A stretch of DNA of 53,267 nt from Chara braunii (taxonomy: Eukaryota > Plantae > Charophyceae): the NCBI GenBank assembly GCA_003427395.1, contig BFEA01000001.1:5275146-5328412 (forward strand), given 5' to 3'. The notes under the pieces were generated by a model that was given only the letters and a program-made list of their open reading frames with translations, had not been told where the DNA came from and did no database searches. Each line of letters starts with the position of its first letter. Position 1 is the stretch's first letter. The translations under genes were made by a program, and so were the position numbers. Positions 1 to 13,519 of the stretch are shown piece by piece.

Positions 1-35
<35 letters not shown>

Positions 36-38
<3 letters not shown>

Positions 39-808
39 GGTTACCTGACCGAACGTTCGGGGGCCCCTGGGTTGGCCCCCGAACGTTCGGGCGTTCGGGG
101 TCCCGTTCGGGGGCCGAACACCTCCAAGTTCGGCCCCTGTCAAAAAATATTTCGGGGCCTAAAAGTAAAGTGTTTTTTCTGAATTTTGTTTTGTGAGTTC
201 TCTATGATATAACCTACACGCCTATAAATTTTGATGCCATTCTGCTAAGCCAACAAAACATTAAAAATCGTCAAAGATGGGGGTGTCAAAACGTGCTCGC
301 CCACTCACTATTTTGTTTTTTTTTCATTTTTAACTTTTTTTTTTCACTTTATTTCGGGGCCTCAAAAAATTTATTATTTTTTGAAGAATGTTTAAGGATT
401 TATTGATTATGTAAAATACAAATCTGTAAATTTTCAGGGCATGTGTCAATGCCAAAAAAAAATTAAAAATCGGCAAAGATGGTGGTGTCTAAAAGGTGCT
501 GGCACACTCACTCATTTTAATTCTCTTTTTAGTTTTTCTTATTTTTATCATAGTGTTTATTTTATGTATTCGATTTTTAATTCCAATGTGGTAAAGAATT
601 TAGATGTAGTGCCCAGGCAAATGTTGTTTAGTTTATTTTTCTCCATAACATAGTTTTGTTTCGGAATTTTTGGAAAATGTGTGTTTGTTTTTTGTTTTTT
701 TTTTTTTGTCCGCGTTCGGCACGAATGGCCGAACGCCTCCTGAAGGGGTCCCGTACGTTCGGGCGTTCGGGTTCGGGCGTTCGGCCCGTCCGAACGCTGG
801 TAACCCTG
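36..808. mobile_element. Non-autonomous hAT-like DNA transposon (MITE) inserted in a (TA)n microsatellite
   Basis: 10-bp TIR CAGGGTTACC (36-45) / GGTAACCCTG (799-808); (TA)n on both sides; GC-rich subterminal CGTTCGG/CCGAAC repeats; AT-rich core with an internal ~55-bp duplication; no coding capacity. Confidence 0.8.
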
Positions 809-1099
809 TATATATATATATATTCGCCTATTTTTGGACCCCGAAAAAATTATCGGGGTTTCATGCCCGCACTCGACCGCGGGCGGTTGGCCGCCGCGGG
901 CGGGATCCCGACCACGGGTAGTAAAATGGCCCGCGGTCGCGGGTGATACATAGAGAAAAATGACATAACAATAGGGCCAGGAGCTAAAATTTTTACTCGA
1001 TGTGTCAATGGATATCAACCAATGTCAATCCTGATAGTGGAAATGAAGATCTGAGAGTGGCACCTGCAGGTAGTGAAAACCAATCTCTGAAGAGCAGGT

Positions 1100-1995
1100 G
1101 GTAATCCCCCTTCAAGGGTTGTCCCTGTTCTTCCTTTCCTGGCCATTTCACTTCTCCCAAGCTGTCTCCTTCAGTTATCCCCAGCCATTTTTTATTGAAC
1201 TGCTGAATACTATTAATGATATGATCCTTTTTTGATGAAAAAGTTTAATCTTTGAACGAACCATCGACCAGTGTACTCGTATTGCCGTCTGAACGGATTT
1301 AACAATCAGTTCAGACAATTCTTTTTCTTCCAATTTTACCTCTTCTCTCTCGTATACACATTTTTTATACCATAATGTCTAAAGAAGACTTTACGTCCAA
1401 TCTCAAAGAATTTTTCCTGAAATTCCGAGAGTTGAGCAACCACTGGTTCCCATTGTCCTAAGAGAATGATCTTCCAATCCCATGGCCAGTCTATCCTTGT
1501 TAATCCCCTTCATACACAATCCCATCTTCTCCATAACAGAATCGATCCTGGGTATTGAATGAAGACATGCTCAATGGTTTCTCTGATTTTCTTGTTAGGG
1601 AAGACCGACAAACATATTTTACTAATTTTTACACCAAGGGACTGCTAGACCTCGTTGCTCTAAATTAGAAGCCAATCATTTGTTGGCAAACATCGGTGAA
1701 GTATTTGCCATTGCTATGAGGAAAACTTAGCAGGTTGTTTATTTATCTTATTAATGAATTTAATATTTTGAAAATTTTGTGCGTCGATATTCAAATGTCT
1801 GACCCAGCGGTCCCGTATTAATGACGGGACATCCACTCGTGGTCGTAACAGATGATACGCTGCTTTGACAGTGAGATTTTGCAGGGTGCGTGGTTTGTCC
1901 CTCGCTTGCTATATCCATTCAAATAGATCCAAAGGTAGATATGGAATCGGGCTTTGTGCCAGTGGGTGAAACACTCTCCATCCGGGACCATCACC
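1100..1995 (-). pseudogene. LINE-A 3' part: degenerate L1/Tx1-like ORF2 C-terminus (zf-RVT-like region)
   Basis: Manual translation gives IPYLPLDLFEW..LTVKAAYHLLRP..DRWVRHLNI and KIRETIEHVF, homologous to ORF 16180..17001. Confidence 0.8.
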
Positions 1996-4168
1996 CGGCT
2001 TTAGCTCGGAACTATTGGAGCAACTTCAGACATGTCTATGACAACTTAATGAGAAAATTCAGAAACGACTGGGAAAAAGCCCCATCGATCTGCTTTGTCT
2101 CACTCCGGCAAGACTGACTGCAGCGGAGCCACCATCTCTACTGCTGCTATACCATACTCCCATCCTACCAACTAGCCCCCTCACTGGTAGAACGCGTGAT
2201 AACCCACCATCTTCTCCCACTCACCTTATTAACTCTTACCGTCGTGCCAGAAGCAAGATAATAGGCCACAAAGGTCCTACGATTGTTCCAAAAACCTTGA
2301 AAACCCACACACACCCTTCCAACGTTCTCCAAAATTGTTGTACACTTCTACCGCTCTCTTCCAGGTCTCACAACCCCACTTTCTGCTGGGTTACAGGGCA
2401 ACGCAACTCACCCCAGCTACGACCAGCGTCGTCCCGGCAGCAACCCTTGGTTGTCTCGTGGAAAGCCCCCCCAAGACCTCCCCAGATCTCTCTACCAGAC
2501 CTCACGCTCCTGCATCACAGGTTACAGGGCAACACCCCAACTCTGGTCAGCGTCATTCTGGCATCGAACAACCACATATCTCGAGTATAACAGTGATGAC
2601 GCCACGTAAGACGAGTTGGTCCCCAACCCCACATTATGAATGTCGAAATTCCCTTCCGGATCACTGACCGTGCGTGCCTGAGGGATCGCGAGTTCCGGGA
2701 ATACTGGGAATGCACATGCCTTTCTACACGATCGAGGACAAAGTTCCTAGAATTTCCGTATCACACAGGAACCGAACTCATCTGCGAGTGGGACATTAGG
2801 CGGTCCCGAAAACGTACTCCCCAGCCCGGACACGTGTCAAATCTTCGTTGAACCCGACATATCACCGTAATTGCCTTTCCACTGCCTGACCATTGCCCCT
2901 TGGTGAGTACTCGCCCCCTACTGGCTGCAACCCCAGTGCTCCGAGTGTCTGCAAGACCACGCCTACCGAGCATTGGGATTCGTCCGGCGAACCCGCTCAG
3001 AAGCCGAATGACGGGAGCACAGCCTTCAGTTGAGGCCGGCCACGTTCGATTCCAAAATCTGTGAAACCCGCCGACGATGGGTGTTGCACCAACGGGACAG
3101 CCATAGCATCCCTACGGTACACCGGATACGGATCCGCCCCAGATGACGGGACCAACGAAGGTGATCGTCCCATTCCCCGAGGCCTAAAACGGAACCTCGT
3201 CCTTCGCCCGCCCACTTGCGATTCATATCCCTGAAACTTGACACAGAAGATCTCAGTTCTGACCTGGGACTCCACCCTCATCTTTCTAAAATCCTTGGCA
3301 CACCCCTTTTTGCGCACTTCTAGGCCCACTCTCACTCCGATCAGAAAGTCGCGCTGGGCGTGAGGTTGGGGCGTCACAGCATAGGGTCGCCCCTCTGCAG
3401 CATCGAGGCAAGGTGCTTCTAGCCTCTAGGGGGATACACACTACCTACACATATATAGCTCACACACTACCCCAGATACTGACTACAGGTACAACCACGA
3501 TAGGCACATCGCAGGGGCAAGGCTGGGGGCTAGTGGAAGAACGGATGATGGCTCACCACCTACTCAGTCTGTAGTCTGTCCCTTCTGATCCCTACAGGAA
3601 GTACCTAGCCGATGACCGGAATCTGCTGTTAGGTGGGAGACAATCTACTACTACCAAGGATAGACAAAGTGAGGCATGGGTCCTTTGGGGGGGGGGAAAG
3701 CCCTAGCTGATTACCGGGTTCTAGAGGAGGGTTGTCTATGCACTGGCAACACATTAAGGGCGCATAGGGTCGCCCCTCTGCAGCGTCGAGGCAAGGTGCT
3801 TCTAGGGGGATACACACTACCTATACATATATATATAGCTCACACAGGTACTGGTGGAGGTGAGAGGAGCACCGCTCACTGGTACTTGCCTCACAGATGC
3901 TCTATGGTGGGGAGCAGCGTCTGCTACGGGCCCACACACATTACAAATATACACATAGCTTACGGGCAAATATACATACAGAACACACACACATACATAT
4001 ATAACCATATGGTTGGGAGGAGGTCACGACCAATTGATGATACACGAGTTACTAGTTGGTCTACTTAGGGGCTAATAGGTGATTGCTTGAGCCTGGTGTA
4101 CGAAGTTTCCGTGCGACGAGGCTCGTTCGACTACGCTTCCACCAGGGCTAGGTCACTAGCCCTGGTGC
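1996..4168. mobile_element. Composite insertion splitting LINE-A: unclassified repeat family X, an LTR-like segment, and a duplicated segment ending in a hairpin
   Basis: LINE coding resumes on both sides (KIRVIFIS | DGPGWRVFHP). ~2270-2575 matches ~30490-30790. ~3379-3467 is repeated at ~3762-3846. Terminal hairpin ACCAGGGCTAG-GTCA-CTAGCCCTGGT at 4141-4166. Confidence 0.55.
2575..3378. mobile_element. LTR-like repeat (solo LTR candidate), same family as 7128-7256 and 43428-44512
   Basis: Shared ~130-bp end GAGATC..CAGTTC..AAAATCCTTGGCAC..GGGCGTGAGGTTGGGCGTCACA; terminal CA. Confidence 0.55.
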
Positions 4169-4169
4169 C

Positions 4170-7095
4170 TTAACTGAGATAAAAATAACTCTAATCTTAA
4201 ACATTTATTTGAGTGGGAAAATTTTGGCTTGGTCGGATGGTAAAGGGCGGAGGAGATGATGTCCAGTCACTTTGAAAAGCAATACTAGGGCTCCTTCTTG
4301 TACCAAGCTCATTATCTGCCCAACCTGCCAACTATGGGGGTCTTGTGTGATTGCTACGAAGTCTTCCTCCCGCAGTCTTACCCCTTTTTTCAATTCTCTA
4401 TCCCAGGCCAGAGGAATGGAGTAGGTAATTTGATCCAAATTTAAAGAAAGTTTGCGGGCATATGTGATGGTTTTCTTAAGTTGGTTAGGAGTCATCCAAC
4501 CTTTCTTTTCCAAGTGCCAGATGTCTTTTACCCGGATTACCCCTTTTCTTTCTCACTGAGACCAGGGAGGAGTTGAGCTATTATATATGCACCCATTAGC
4601 ATCAGTTATCCATCTATTACCAAACAATGGTTGTCTCAATATTTCTTCAAAACGCGTGGGATAAGGTTTATTTGGTAGGGCAGCTCTCGCCAAGTTCTCA
4701 ATAGAGCTGCCCGTAGGTTATCAACTAGAAGATCCTCGCGAGCTGCGCCTCTCTCCTCTTCCTATTTTGACTGAATACAAGGTCTGGGAATAATCCAGAA
4801 TCTGTTTTCTACCCAGTTGAGGGGGTGAACCTCCGGTGGTGTATCTGATGCTAGTCTCCTTAAGTGTTCTAAGGCCAAAGGTTGTCAGGGGTTGTCAATT
4901 CCTAAAATAAGGTCAATCATCCATTTGAATGGATAGGGCTTAACATTGCAGGGTAGAATTCAAAATTCTCAATCCTCCCCTCTGTTTTGGTTGGATGAGG
5001 GTGGACCATGCCACTCTAGGAATGACGCTTTCTTGTTCGACGTTCGTGATTCTCTCTCCAAAGGAAGACCGTCATTAATTTCCGAAGGTGTTTGACACAT
5101 GACTTTCCACACCATTGATTTGTACCATATTGAGGCTAAAACCACATTATCGATTACTATTATTTACTAAAGATCTGCCAAAAAGTGAGGTGTGTTGATT
5201 TGTCCATTGATTCATTTTTTCTAACGATGGTCTAGAAATCAATTCATCATTGGAAGTAGGCTTGTCGGAGGTCGAAAGAGATACTCCCAGTACTCTCAAT
5301 GGGGCTTCGAGAGGCAACCATTGAACCCTGGGGGATTCAGGAGGATGATCCCCATTTGAGTGAATCCACCAACCTTAAGTTTTACTCCCTCAATTGATTA
5401 CCATATCTGAGACTGCAATAAATTTATCAAGAAGATTTTTAATTTCTTCCATGTTCGCTGCTGAGGCTTCCATCATAATAGTTAAGTCATCGACTCATCA
5501 GCAAACAAGGAGGCTATCGGTATTGCTTCCTCGGGTATTCATGAGATCCTTAATCGTCTGATGTTATGGTTAGCTTTAAGATTAGCCCCCAGAACCTCCA
5601 TTACAATAATGAAAAGGAAGGGGGTCAATGGGTCTCCTTGTCTTACCGACCTTTGAATCCGAATTTTCGGGGACAGCAATCCGTTAACAATAATTCGTGT
5701 AGTGACATTTGTATGAAGGATTTTAACCCATCTACGCATATTACGTCCAAAATTCAACTTTTGTAGGCATACGTCTAAAAAAACTTCAATCCACATGGTT
5801 ATAAGCTTTCTCAAAATCTATAAAGACCACAATTGCATTTTTCTTAGATTGTCTTGCAACTTTGACCGTTTCATTGATTAGGAGGATGTGATCTTGTATA
5901 TGACGACCTTTAATGAACCCTGTTTGGGAGGGGTGAATGATATCAGGCATGAGGGGGATCATCCGGTTAACCAAAGCTTTTGCTAACAGTTTGTAGACAA
6001 CAGTTAATAAGGTTATTGGTATGTAATTTCTAATGTTTGTCTTATCCCCCTTTTCATATAGTAAGGTAAGTATGCCCTGACTTACTATCTCTCTCATTTC
6101 TCCTTAGTCTCAAACCTCCTGAAAATATTGTAGTAAGTCGTTTGAAAGAACAAGCCACATTGTTTCCCAAAATTCTTTTGGAAGCCCGTCCACGCCCGGG
6201 GTCTTGTCCTCTTCCATTTGTATTAGAGACGTCCAAATTTCTTCCTTTGTTATTGGTTTTTCTAGGAGATCACATTGTTTTTTAGTAATAGATTGAAAAA
6301 GTGGTTCCAAAAAGGAACGAATGGCTAGATCATCTTCCTGTGACTGGGTAGGATCTTTTGATAACTGGAACAATTTTTTGAAGAAACCATATGCCACCCT
6401 TAAACTTGTTGCTGATGAAGTAGACACCCCGGGCTCTCGAGTGGACTCATGATCAAACAGACTTTCTATAGAGGATCGTCTGACCCGGGACCGGGCCATA
6501 GCAAAGAAGGATGTATCCATCTGTCCTTCCGAGGAAAATTTTGACAGTTTGCCTCTAATTAATTATCCTTGTCAACGATGTTGCGCAAATGACAAAAGTT
6601 GGTTCCTGAGTTATTGGATGCTGTTAGTTTGGGAGGATTCATCTAGCTGATCTTGAGATTCATAATTTAGAATTTGTTCTTGAATATGCATTTCTTTTAG
6701 ATATTTTTTCTTTGCTTGTAATTTTGAGTATTCATTACATTTTTTTGCTAGAAAAAACAGACCATTGTTGAACAAAGAGATGTATGAGTCTTGTCTTTTT
6801 CTCGTCGTATGCCAATATTCCCATACATCTGTTAAATACCTCCTAAACTGGTTATGTGATAATAGAGATGTGTTCAATTTATAGAACCCTCTCCCTTGAT
6901 CTGTTTTTTTGCCAAAGGATAGGAGGACTGCACACATTTTATGATCGGCCCCGGTCCATGGGCTTTGTGGGAAAATTGCAGCCCCTATGATTGTACTATC
7001 TAGATCTTCCAACATAAGAATCAAATCAACTCTTGATCGAGATTGAAGACGATTTCCTTAATTACGTATGTATGTAAATAACCTTTGTCGGGGAA
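4170..7095 (-). pseudogene. LINE-A 5' part: degenerate ORF2 (endonuclease C-terminus and RT)
   Basis: ORFs 6611..7024 (DH, GRGFYKLNTSLL), 6110..6520 (KTPGVDGLPKEFW), 5786..6097 (IPITLL, QTGF, IDFEKAY), 5539..5814 (SVRQGDPLTPFLF); multiple stops and frameshifts. Confidence 0.92.
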
Positions 7096-7127
7096 TTTTA
7101 GTCCCGTCCAAGGAACTCCGGCACATG

Positions 7128-7256
7128 AGATCTCAGTTCCGACTTGGGACTTCAACCCCCTTTCCAAAAATCCTTGGCACGCCCACTAATTCACACTTCC
7201 TTGCTCACTTTCACGCCGATCATGAAGTCGGACAGGGCGTGAGGTTGGGCGTCATA
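7128..7256. mobile_element. Terminal fragment of the LTR-like family
   Basis: Aligns to 3248-3378 and 44381-44512. Confidence 0.55.
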
Positions 7257-7319
7257 ATGCAGTCGGTGTACATGCAGCCGCGTCAAAGAAAAATGACTGG
7301 GAAATGTACTGCTGGTTTA

Positions 7320-7726
7320 GGGCCTCGGCCGCCTTGCCACACCAGTGTCGAAAAGTGCATTTTCGACATTTTCTCCTCGCTACACAGCATGTCGAAATCC
7401 GAGATGCAAAAAAAATTGAGGAGCTGTCAGGGAAAGGGTTTCAACACCTCCTCTCGAGAAGGGCTCGTTCCCCAGCCTGCAACTTGGACATTTTCAACAG
7501 TCCTCGGATGGGATGTCGAATTTTTGCCCGAATGTCGAAAAAGAGAACACACCAACGCTTGTCCTATCTTCACCCCAGTTTGTCTCTTTTGTGCATACGA
7601 CTCGTGAGTTCTTCACTTCGACATGCTGTGTGGCGAAGAGGGTTTTTCTTTCGAAAGAGGGAATGTCGAAAATTTCCTGACATATGTCGAATTTCGTGAT
7701 GTTTCGACATTGGTGTGGCAAGGCCC
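7320..7726. mobile_element. PIF/Harbinger (Tourist-like) MITE
   Basis: TIR GGGCC(..)TTGCCACACCARTGTCGAAA at both ends (left copy has a short insertion); TTA TSD at 7317-7319 and 7727-7729; internal TGTCGAA/TTCGACA repeats. Confidence 0.85.
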
Positions 7727-7913
7727 TTAATGGAAACCTCACCTTTATCCCCAAATAAGAAAGAAAAGATACAAGAACTTAGCCATTTGGTTACGTCTGG
7801 AGAAAAATCTGTACCTTGATTGTCATCGTAAGCTGTCAATTCAAGCTGTCAAAGTTGATGTTGCACGTCAGTTGGGGGTGCTCATATCACCTCTTTTCTT
7901 TTCTTTTTTCTCT

Positions 7914-7944
<31 letters not shown>

Positions 7945-9249
7945 TGGGGTGGGTGGGGGGGGGGTGCTCATATCACCTCCACTTGTTTTTTTTTCCCTTC
8001 TTTTTCCCCAAGAACCAAACTTTGTTTTAGGGGCCCAGTGCCCAAGACTAAACACATGCAAACGAAGTCCTTGCAGGGGAGAGTTCGGCCTCAATCCCCT
8101 ACCAAGGAGCCGAGTCTATTCCTGTACAACAAATCTTCCGGCAATTACAGACAAGAAAGTACAGAGAGGAAAAGCTATCAGCATCTATATTTTTCAAAAC
8201 CCTCAAGTTCAAGGGGTGCTATCCATTGTGGTAGGAGCACACCCGAATGTCATCCTGTGGTGAGGGTGGCTTCTTGCTATTGGTGGGGAGCTGCAACTGC
8301 TGGAAAACGTTTCCAGCATCCCTCACAATAGTAATTAACAAAGATGTACATCATGATGTCCCAAGCTAGCTCCTGATAGTGACCTCACTCTATCCCTGTG
8401 CGGCAGCAGAACTGTCCCCCGGTCTTGAACTTTCTGTGCTGTCTTTTGACTGTGTACTCCAAAGGTTGCCAGACCTCTTCAGGCTCTATCTAACCCCCCC
8501 TGTTCAGCAGCTCTATCGTATCTGACCAATCCCTCAGTGAGATGTGCCGTATTGGCATCCTTGAGCCAAGTCTCAGTCCTCTTCCTGCTTCTCTAGTCAC
8601 CTTTTCCCCAAGTGTGGCCTCTTTCTACTTTAGAAGTTCCCCTGTACAACACTAATGCGGAGTGCAAGCCAGGCTTAGAGATGTGAAAGTCTTCTGCTGG
8701 TCTTCGCATCCAGTTCTCCTGTCCCTTTGTCCATCTTTCCACACAGGTCTTTCCCTTTCTTCCCAACCACAGCAGATCCCAGGCCCCACCCAGTGTCTCT
8801 TGAAGTTTTCTATGTGTTTATTTAAATTATTTTTACCTCTGGGATTGTTTTTTTTTTTTTTTTTTTTTCTCCCTTTCTTTCTTTCTTTAAAAAGTCCAGG
8901 GTGTTGTAGAGGCCAGTTGCTAGGCTCGCATTCATCGCCGGAAGCGGTCAGCTATAGTTGCCCTGAAGAGACGAGGCTACCTCCCATCCCATCCTCGCGT
9001 CAATACTCCTAGCCCACCCCCTATTCCTACTATCCTACCTCAGTGTGACCAGCACTCAGGACCGTTACCCTACCAGTATCGAAGGGAACTCGCTCAAAAA
9101 AAAAACATACACATCTATGTATGTATTATACACAATAAATTAAATGTATATACGTATGTACACGAGTGCGGCAGTACAACACAACAAGCGACGGGGGCAT
9201 CGTTTGTGGATGCACGGACAGGACGACTGACGCAGGAGCAGAGGCAGCA

Positions 9250-10961
9250 TCAGGACCTGTCCCTGATGGCATTGGCGATCTCCAGCAATGCAGTGCACAT
9301 CAACCTGTTAGCCTCGTCGGACGCCTCGTAGTGCCGCCGCTGGGCATCAACCTCACGCTCGAGAATGTCGCACGTGGCACTGCCGCTCGAGAATGGAACA
9401 TTGTCGCTTGCTGGCCCCCTCGACGGTGTCAGCCATCAATGCGCCGTGCTTGTCCATGACTTCAGCAATGGCCTCGAATGTCTGTTGACGCATGTTCTTC
9501 CTCTTGCAGTTCCCTTCCGTGCTGTCTGCATTGAAGCCGGACTCCCGCGCCGACCCTCTGTCGTCGTCGTTCCCATCATCCCCATCACCCCCGGCGGCGG
9601 ATTCTCCAGCAACGGATGGGGAACGTGGCATCTGCAGTCCTCCACGGTGCTTGTGTCGACGACGTTGTCCGGGTAGATGGTCTTGTTGCCCTTCGACATG
9701 GTGTTTATCTCATCGTACACACGCTCCTTCATTCTGAAATTCTGAAGTTGAAGCCTTCTTCCGTTCTCAAAGCAGGTGTGAGGTTTAGGAAGTTCTTCCC
9801 CCCGGAGGCGTTCTCATACCGTTGCACTTTCTTGTACTGTTGGAAGAGATTGTCCCACTTCTTGCCTATGTCGTCAGTCGTCCTATCCACCCCCACCTCC
9901 AGCAAACGCTTTTGAAGGTCTTGCAGCTTCCATTCTCTGTTGTGCATTCGTCCGTAGTTGTGCGGCATGACCTCGAAATGAGCTTGTTGATCCCTCTTCG
10001 CCCAGGCAAGCTTCAGCATCTCCTCAACACTCCATGACGGATGTTTCCCAGCCTTCTCACCTGACGAACCGTTCGAGCTGCGACCACCACGGGAAACATC
10101 CTTCCCTTGACGCACGCCTCCACCCCTTCCTCTGCCACGCACAGGTAGGGGTCAAATCTCCATGTCGTTCGCATCTTCCACTTCGTCTTCGCAAATCACA
10201 TTTGTAAATTCGTAATTGCTCGCCCGTTGGGAGTCTTCTGCATTCGGTTTTCCACTCGCCACACGCATCCTGGACACCCCATTCGTTCTTTTCTCCACGG
10301 CCGTTTGACGCATCTGTCGCCGACATGAGTCCCACGCCTACCTGCCAACTTTGTCCGATCCGGCAACGTTTGTGTTCGCCACCGGTGCGCCCATCGTCTG
10401 GCGCGGTGCACTCAAAGGCGATGCCAAAGGGGGGGGCAACGACGTGCGAAGCATGTCACTGGATGATCCCGCACCCCAAGAAAACGGAGGCGGCGGACGA
10501 CAACCATCAGGGCTCACACCTTGCGGAGAGGACCTTCCACCATGCACACTCAATCTGCCGACAGTCGCACCAGGCACTGGGTTGAACGTGCGAGTGTGTG
10601 TAGCTGTTGGACCACTCCCGCTTGACAAACCAAAATCCAAGTCCACAATCTCCGTATCGCCTCCACCGACATCGTCCTCTAGCAGAGCGGAGAACGAATG
10701 ACAACTTGTCATGGCCTCCCGTTGTCTACAATGACTCCCCATCCATTCCTGCGTCGATCCGCTCCCCAGAGGCAGAGTGCGGGACATATCATCCACCCAT
10801 TGCTCTTCGGCATCCGGCGGTAATGGCTGCTCGTGAGGCGGGAGATGACTGTACAATGTTGGGTCATATGCGCCCGCAAGACGCGCCCCAGCCATCGCTC
10901 CTGAAGCAGAGTACTCGATGGCGTGTGCCGGTTGTCTGTTGGATGCTTCACGCCTGTCCAT
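9250..10961 (-). pseudogene. Myb/SANT (trihelix GT-1-like) DNA-binding protein, probably the accessory ORF of a PIF/Harbinger transposon; disrupted
   Basis: ORF 9729..10142 reads WSVEEMLKL...KLQDLQKRL..GVDRTTDDIGKKWDNLFQQYKKV (trihelix W..W pattern). C-terminal coiled coil at ~9250-9500, N-terminus from MDRREAS at 10961, probable intron ~10190-10341; contains stops and frameshifts. Confidence 0.75.
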
Positions 10962-13519
10962 CGTTGTCTTCCTCATATTTGGACTTTGTCGTTTTCGTCT
11001 GCCGCGAGGACCCCGCACAACGACGCGCACGTGGAACAACACGACAACGAGCAGGAGAAGAGTGGGCAGCAGCAGCAGCGGGAACCGTTGGAGGACGTCT
11101 TCCATAAATCGCAGCGTGTGACACATATACCAAACGAAGATTGCATCCCCGCGGGCGACAATAGCCGACAAAACAAGCTCTGCAATCGTTCGGCAGTGCT
11201 TCAACGCCGCTTGTAAAAAATTCGAAAAAATCGACCGTTGGACGTGAAGGCCGTCGACGCGAGCACGCAAAACCCCGCTCCACAGAGCGCCTCGCAGCTG
11301 AAGATCCGCCCCCACGCATTTTCGCACCAACGGTAACGGTCTAAAGGCCGTTGGCGGCCCGTCGGGTACTGGAGGCTGGTGATGTCCGCCCAATGGACCA
11401 CAGACGACCTGTGCACCAACATCGACTCCGAATTCTCTTGTGGTCGTGAGCTCCAGAACGCTCCGTCTATCGCGGATCCTTTATCCCAAGGGACCTCACG
11501 AGGACCCCTTGGATCCAAGGACGTTTTGCTGGGGATTCCGAGGAACCCAAGGAAATCTCTTGGGAGCGTTTTCACATTCGCTCAAGGGATTTGGCGATTT
11601 AGGACGCGGTGTCTTGACGTCGATTTCTGATTTTGTGGTTTTCCAAGGAGGGTCTAACGAGGCCCTAAGTTGGTGGAGAAGAACCACGAGGAAGTTTGAT
11701 GTCCTACTGAGCTACAACATCGATTGATCTGTACGCATGCTTTACTGAGCCCAAGGGAGGGACAAAACTAATGTGCAATCACCAGAACAACCCCATGAAC
11801 CAAGAACATCAGGCAAACCTTTCATAGCCTAGACCCAACATACAGCAACCATGGACTAAACCCCTAGCGTGGTACAGGCAGTGTCTGTAATCCTTACCGT
11901 GGACCAATCCAAGGGGAGGGTGTGGACCAACCCAAGGGGAGGGTGTGAACAGCCACGCGTTGCTCAGCGCCCGCTGGTGTACATGTGCGAGGCTGGAGGG
12001 TTTCAAACCGACAACCTCAGACCACAGTGCACATTTACAACTGGTGCTGTACCCACTGAGCTAATCGCTGTTCATGAAAACGAGTCCTATGGGCCCTGTG
12101 GGTAAGAAGACACATCTGAGATAGAAGAGAATTCACAGACATAATTCAGCAGGTCATGCGGACGGTAACAGACCGACCTACAAGCCAGATGGATGGTAGT
12201 GAAAGCGAAACTGGACAGGTATAACCAGTACGGAGACATCCACAAAGAAATTCGGGAGAGGAGGGTGGATTGCAGAGATCAAGTGGGAGGGGGGACAGAA
12301 TCCAGAGCAGCGGCCAAATAGAAGGAACTATACACTGAATTCCACAATAATTGGACGAAGCTTGGAACGACACCACCCCCCCCTCCACATCTCCAACAGA
12401 CGTCCCAGACCTGTTTCCCTGGCCAGTGAACTCACTGATAGAGCTGCAACGGTATGCGAGGGACTAAGAGAATTACAGCTCGGAGCATACAGCCAGGAAC
12501 AGTGGGACTACCTCCAGCAACAAGGCTATCGTGATGCTGCAGGCCGGGACACAAGGAAGGAGATGGACTCCTTTGGCACGAGTGGGCCCCACCAGGTTTG
12601 GTCGACTGGTATCATTGAAAAGGCCTGCTTGTAATAATGCTGTCATCAGGCGGTCGACAAGATGGGCAACGAGGCAGGCCTGCTCGGGATGTCGAGACTC
12701 TTTCCACTCTATATCTTGGTTCCACCACCGAGCCACTCACTGTTCGTTAATCCCCAGGGAAATCAGGGCAATTAATGCTGCAGTGACAAAAACTCGTTTT
12801 CCGAATCTGCTTCTCATTGGCAATCATAGTCAGTTGATGCCCTGAGATCTGAGGGCAATCAAAGCTGCAGTGACATCATCACCTTACCTCTTTGCTCGCA
12901 TTTTCCTTGTCTGGTTCTCATTGGAAATCACTGTCCGTAAATCTCCTGAGGTCTCCACTCTCAGGGCAATCAATTCTGCAGTGAGTGGAAGGGTTGAGTT
13001 CCTGGATGGTGTTCTATAGAGGAGATGTCCGGGGGAGGAAGGTGATAGCGCCATGATAGTAAAAGACATAAATTTTTTTTATTTTTTTTTTTGGCAGGAT
13101 CAAGTAGGGAGGGTGGTGGTAGAAGCATCCCCCCCTACTAGGTCCTACTTAGTCACTCCATCTAGAAAGGAAAAGAAAAAACGGGGAGCTGCACCTGTTG
13201 GAAAACCGGTCCAGCGTCCCTTAATTTTTCCATTGTGAAATTTGTGATTATATAATTTTCCCAACGCTGCAGTGACACCATCTTAGGGCCTTTCTTTTTT
13301 TTTTTTTTTTTTTTTTTGTAAACACTGGCAGCCAAATGCCGTATGATCCAGGCACTCCGGCCTGGTTCATATGACTGCTGCTTTTGAATTATGAAAGCCA
13401 GAAAACAGGTCCGGCGTCCCTCACATCATAGAAAAGGCTCAACAAAACGAAAATAAGTACACAATGCCAGTAAAAATCATCCATCCTCTGTTAAACACCA
13501 GACCCTGCATATCCGCCCT

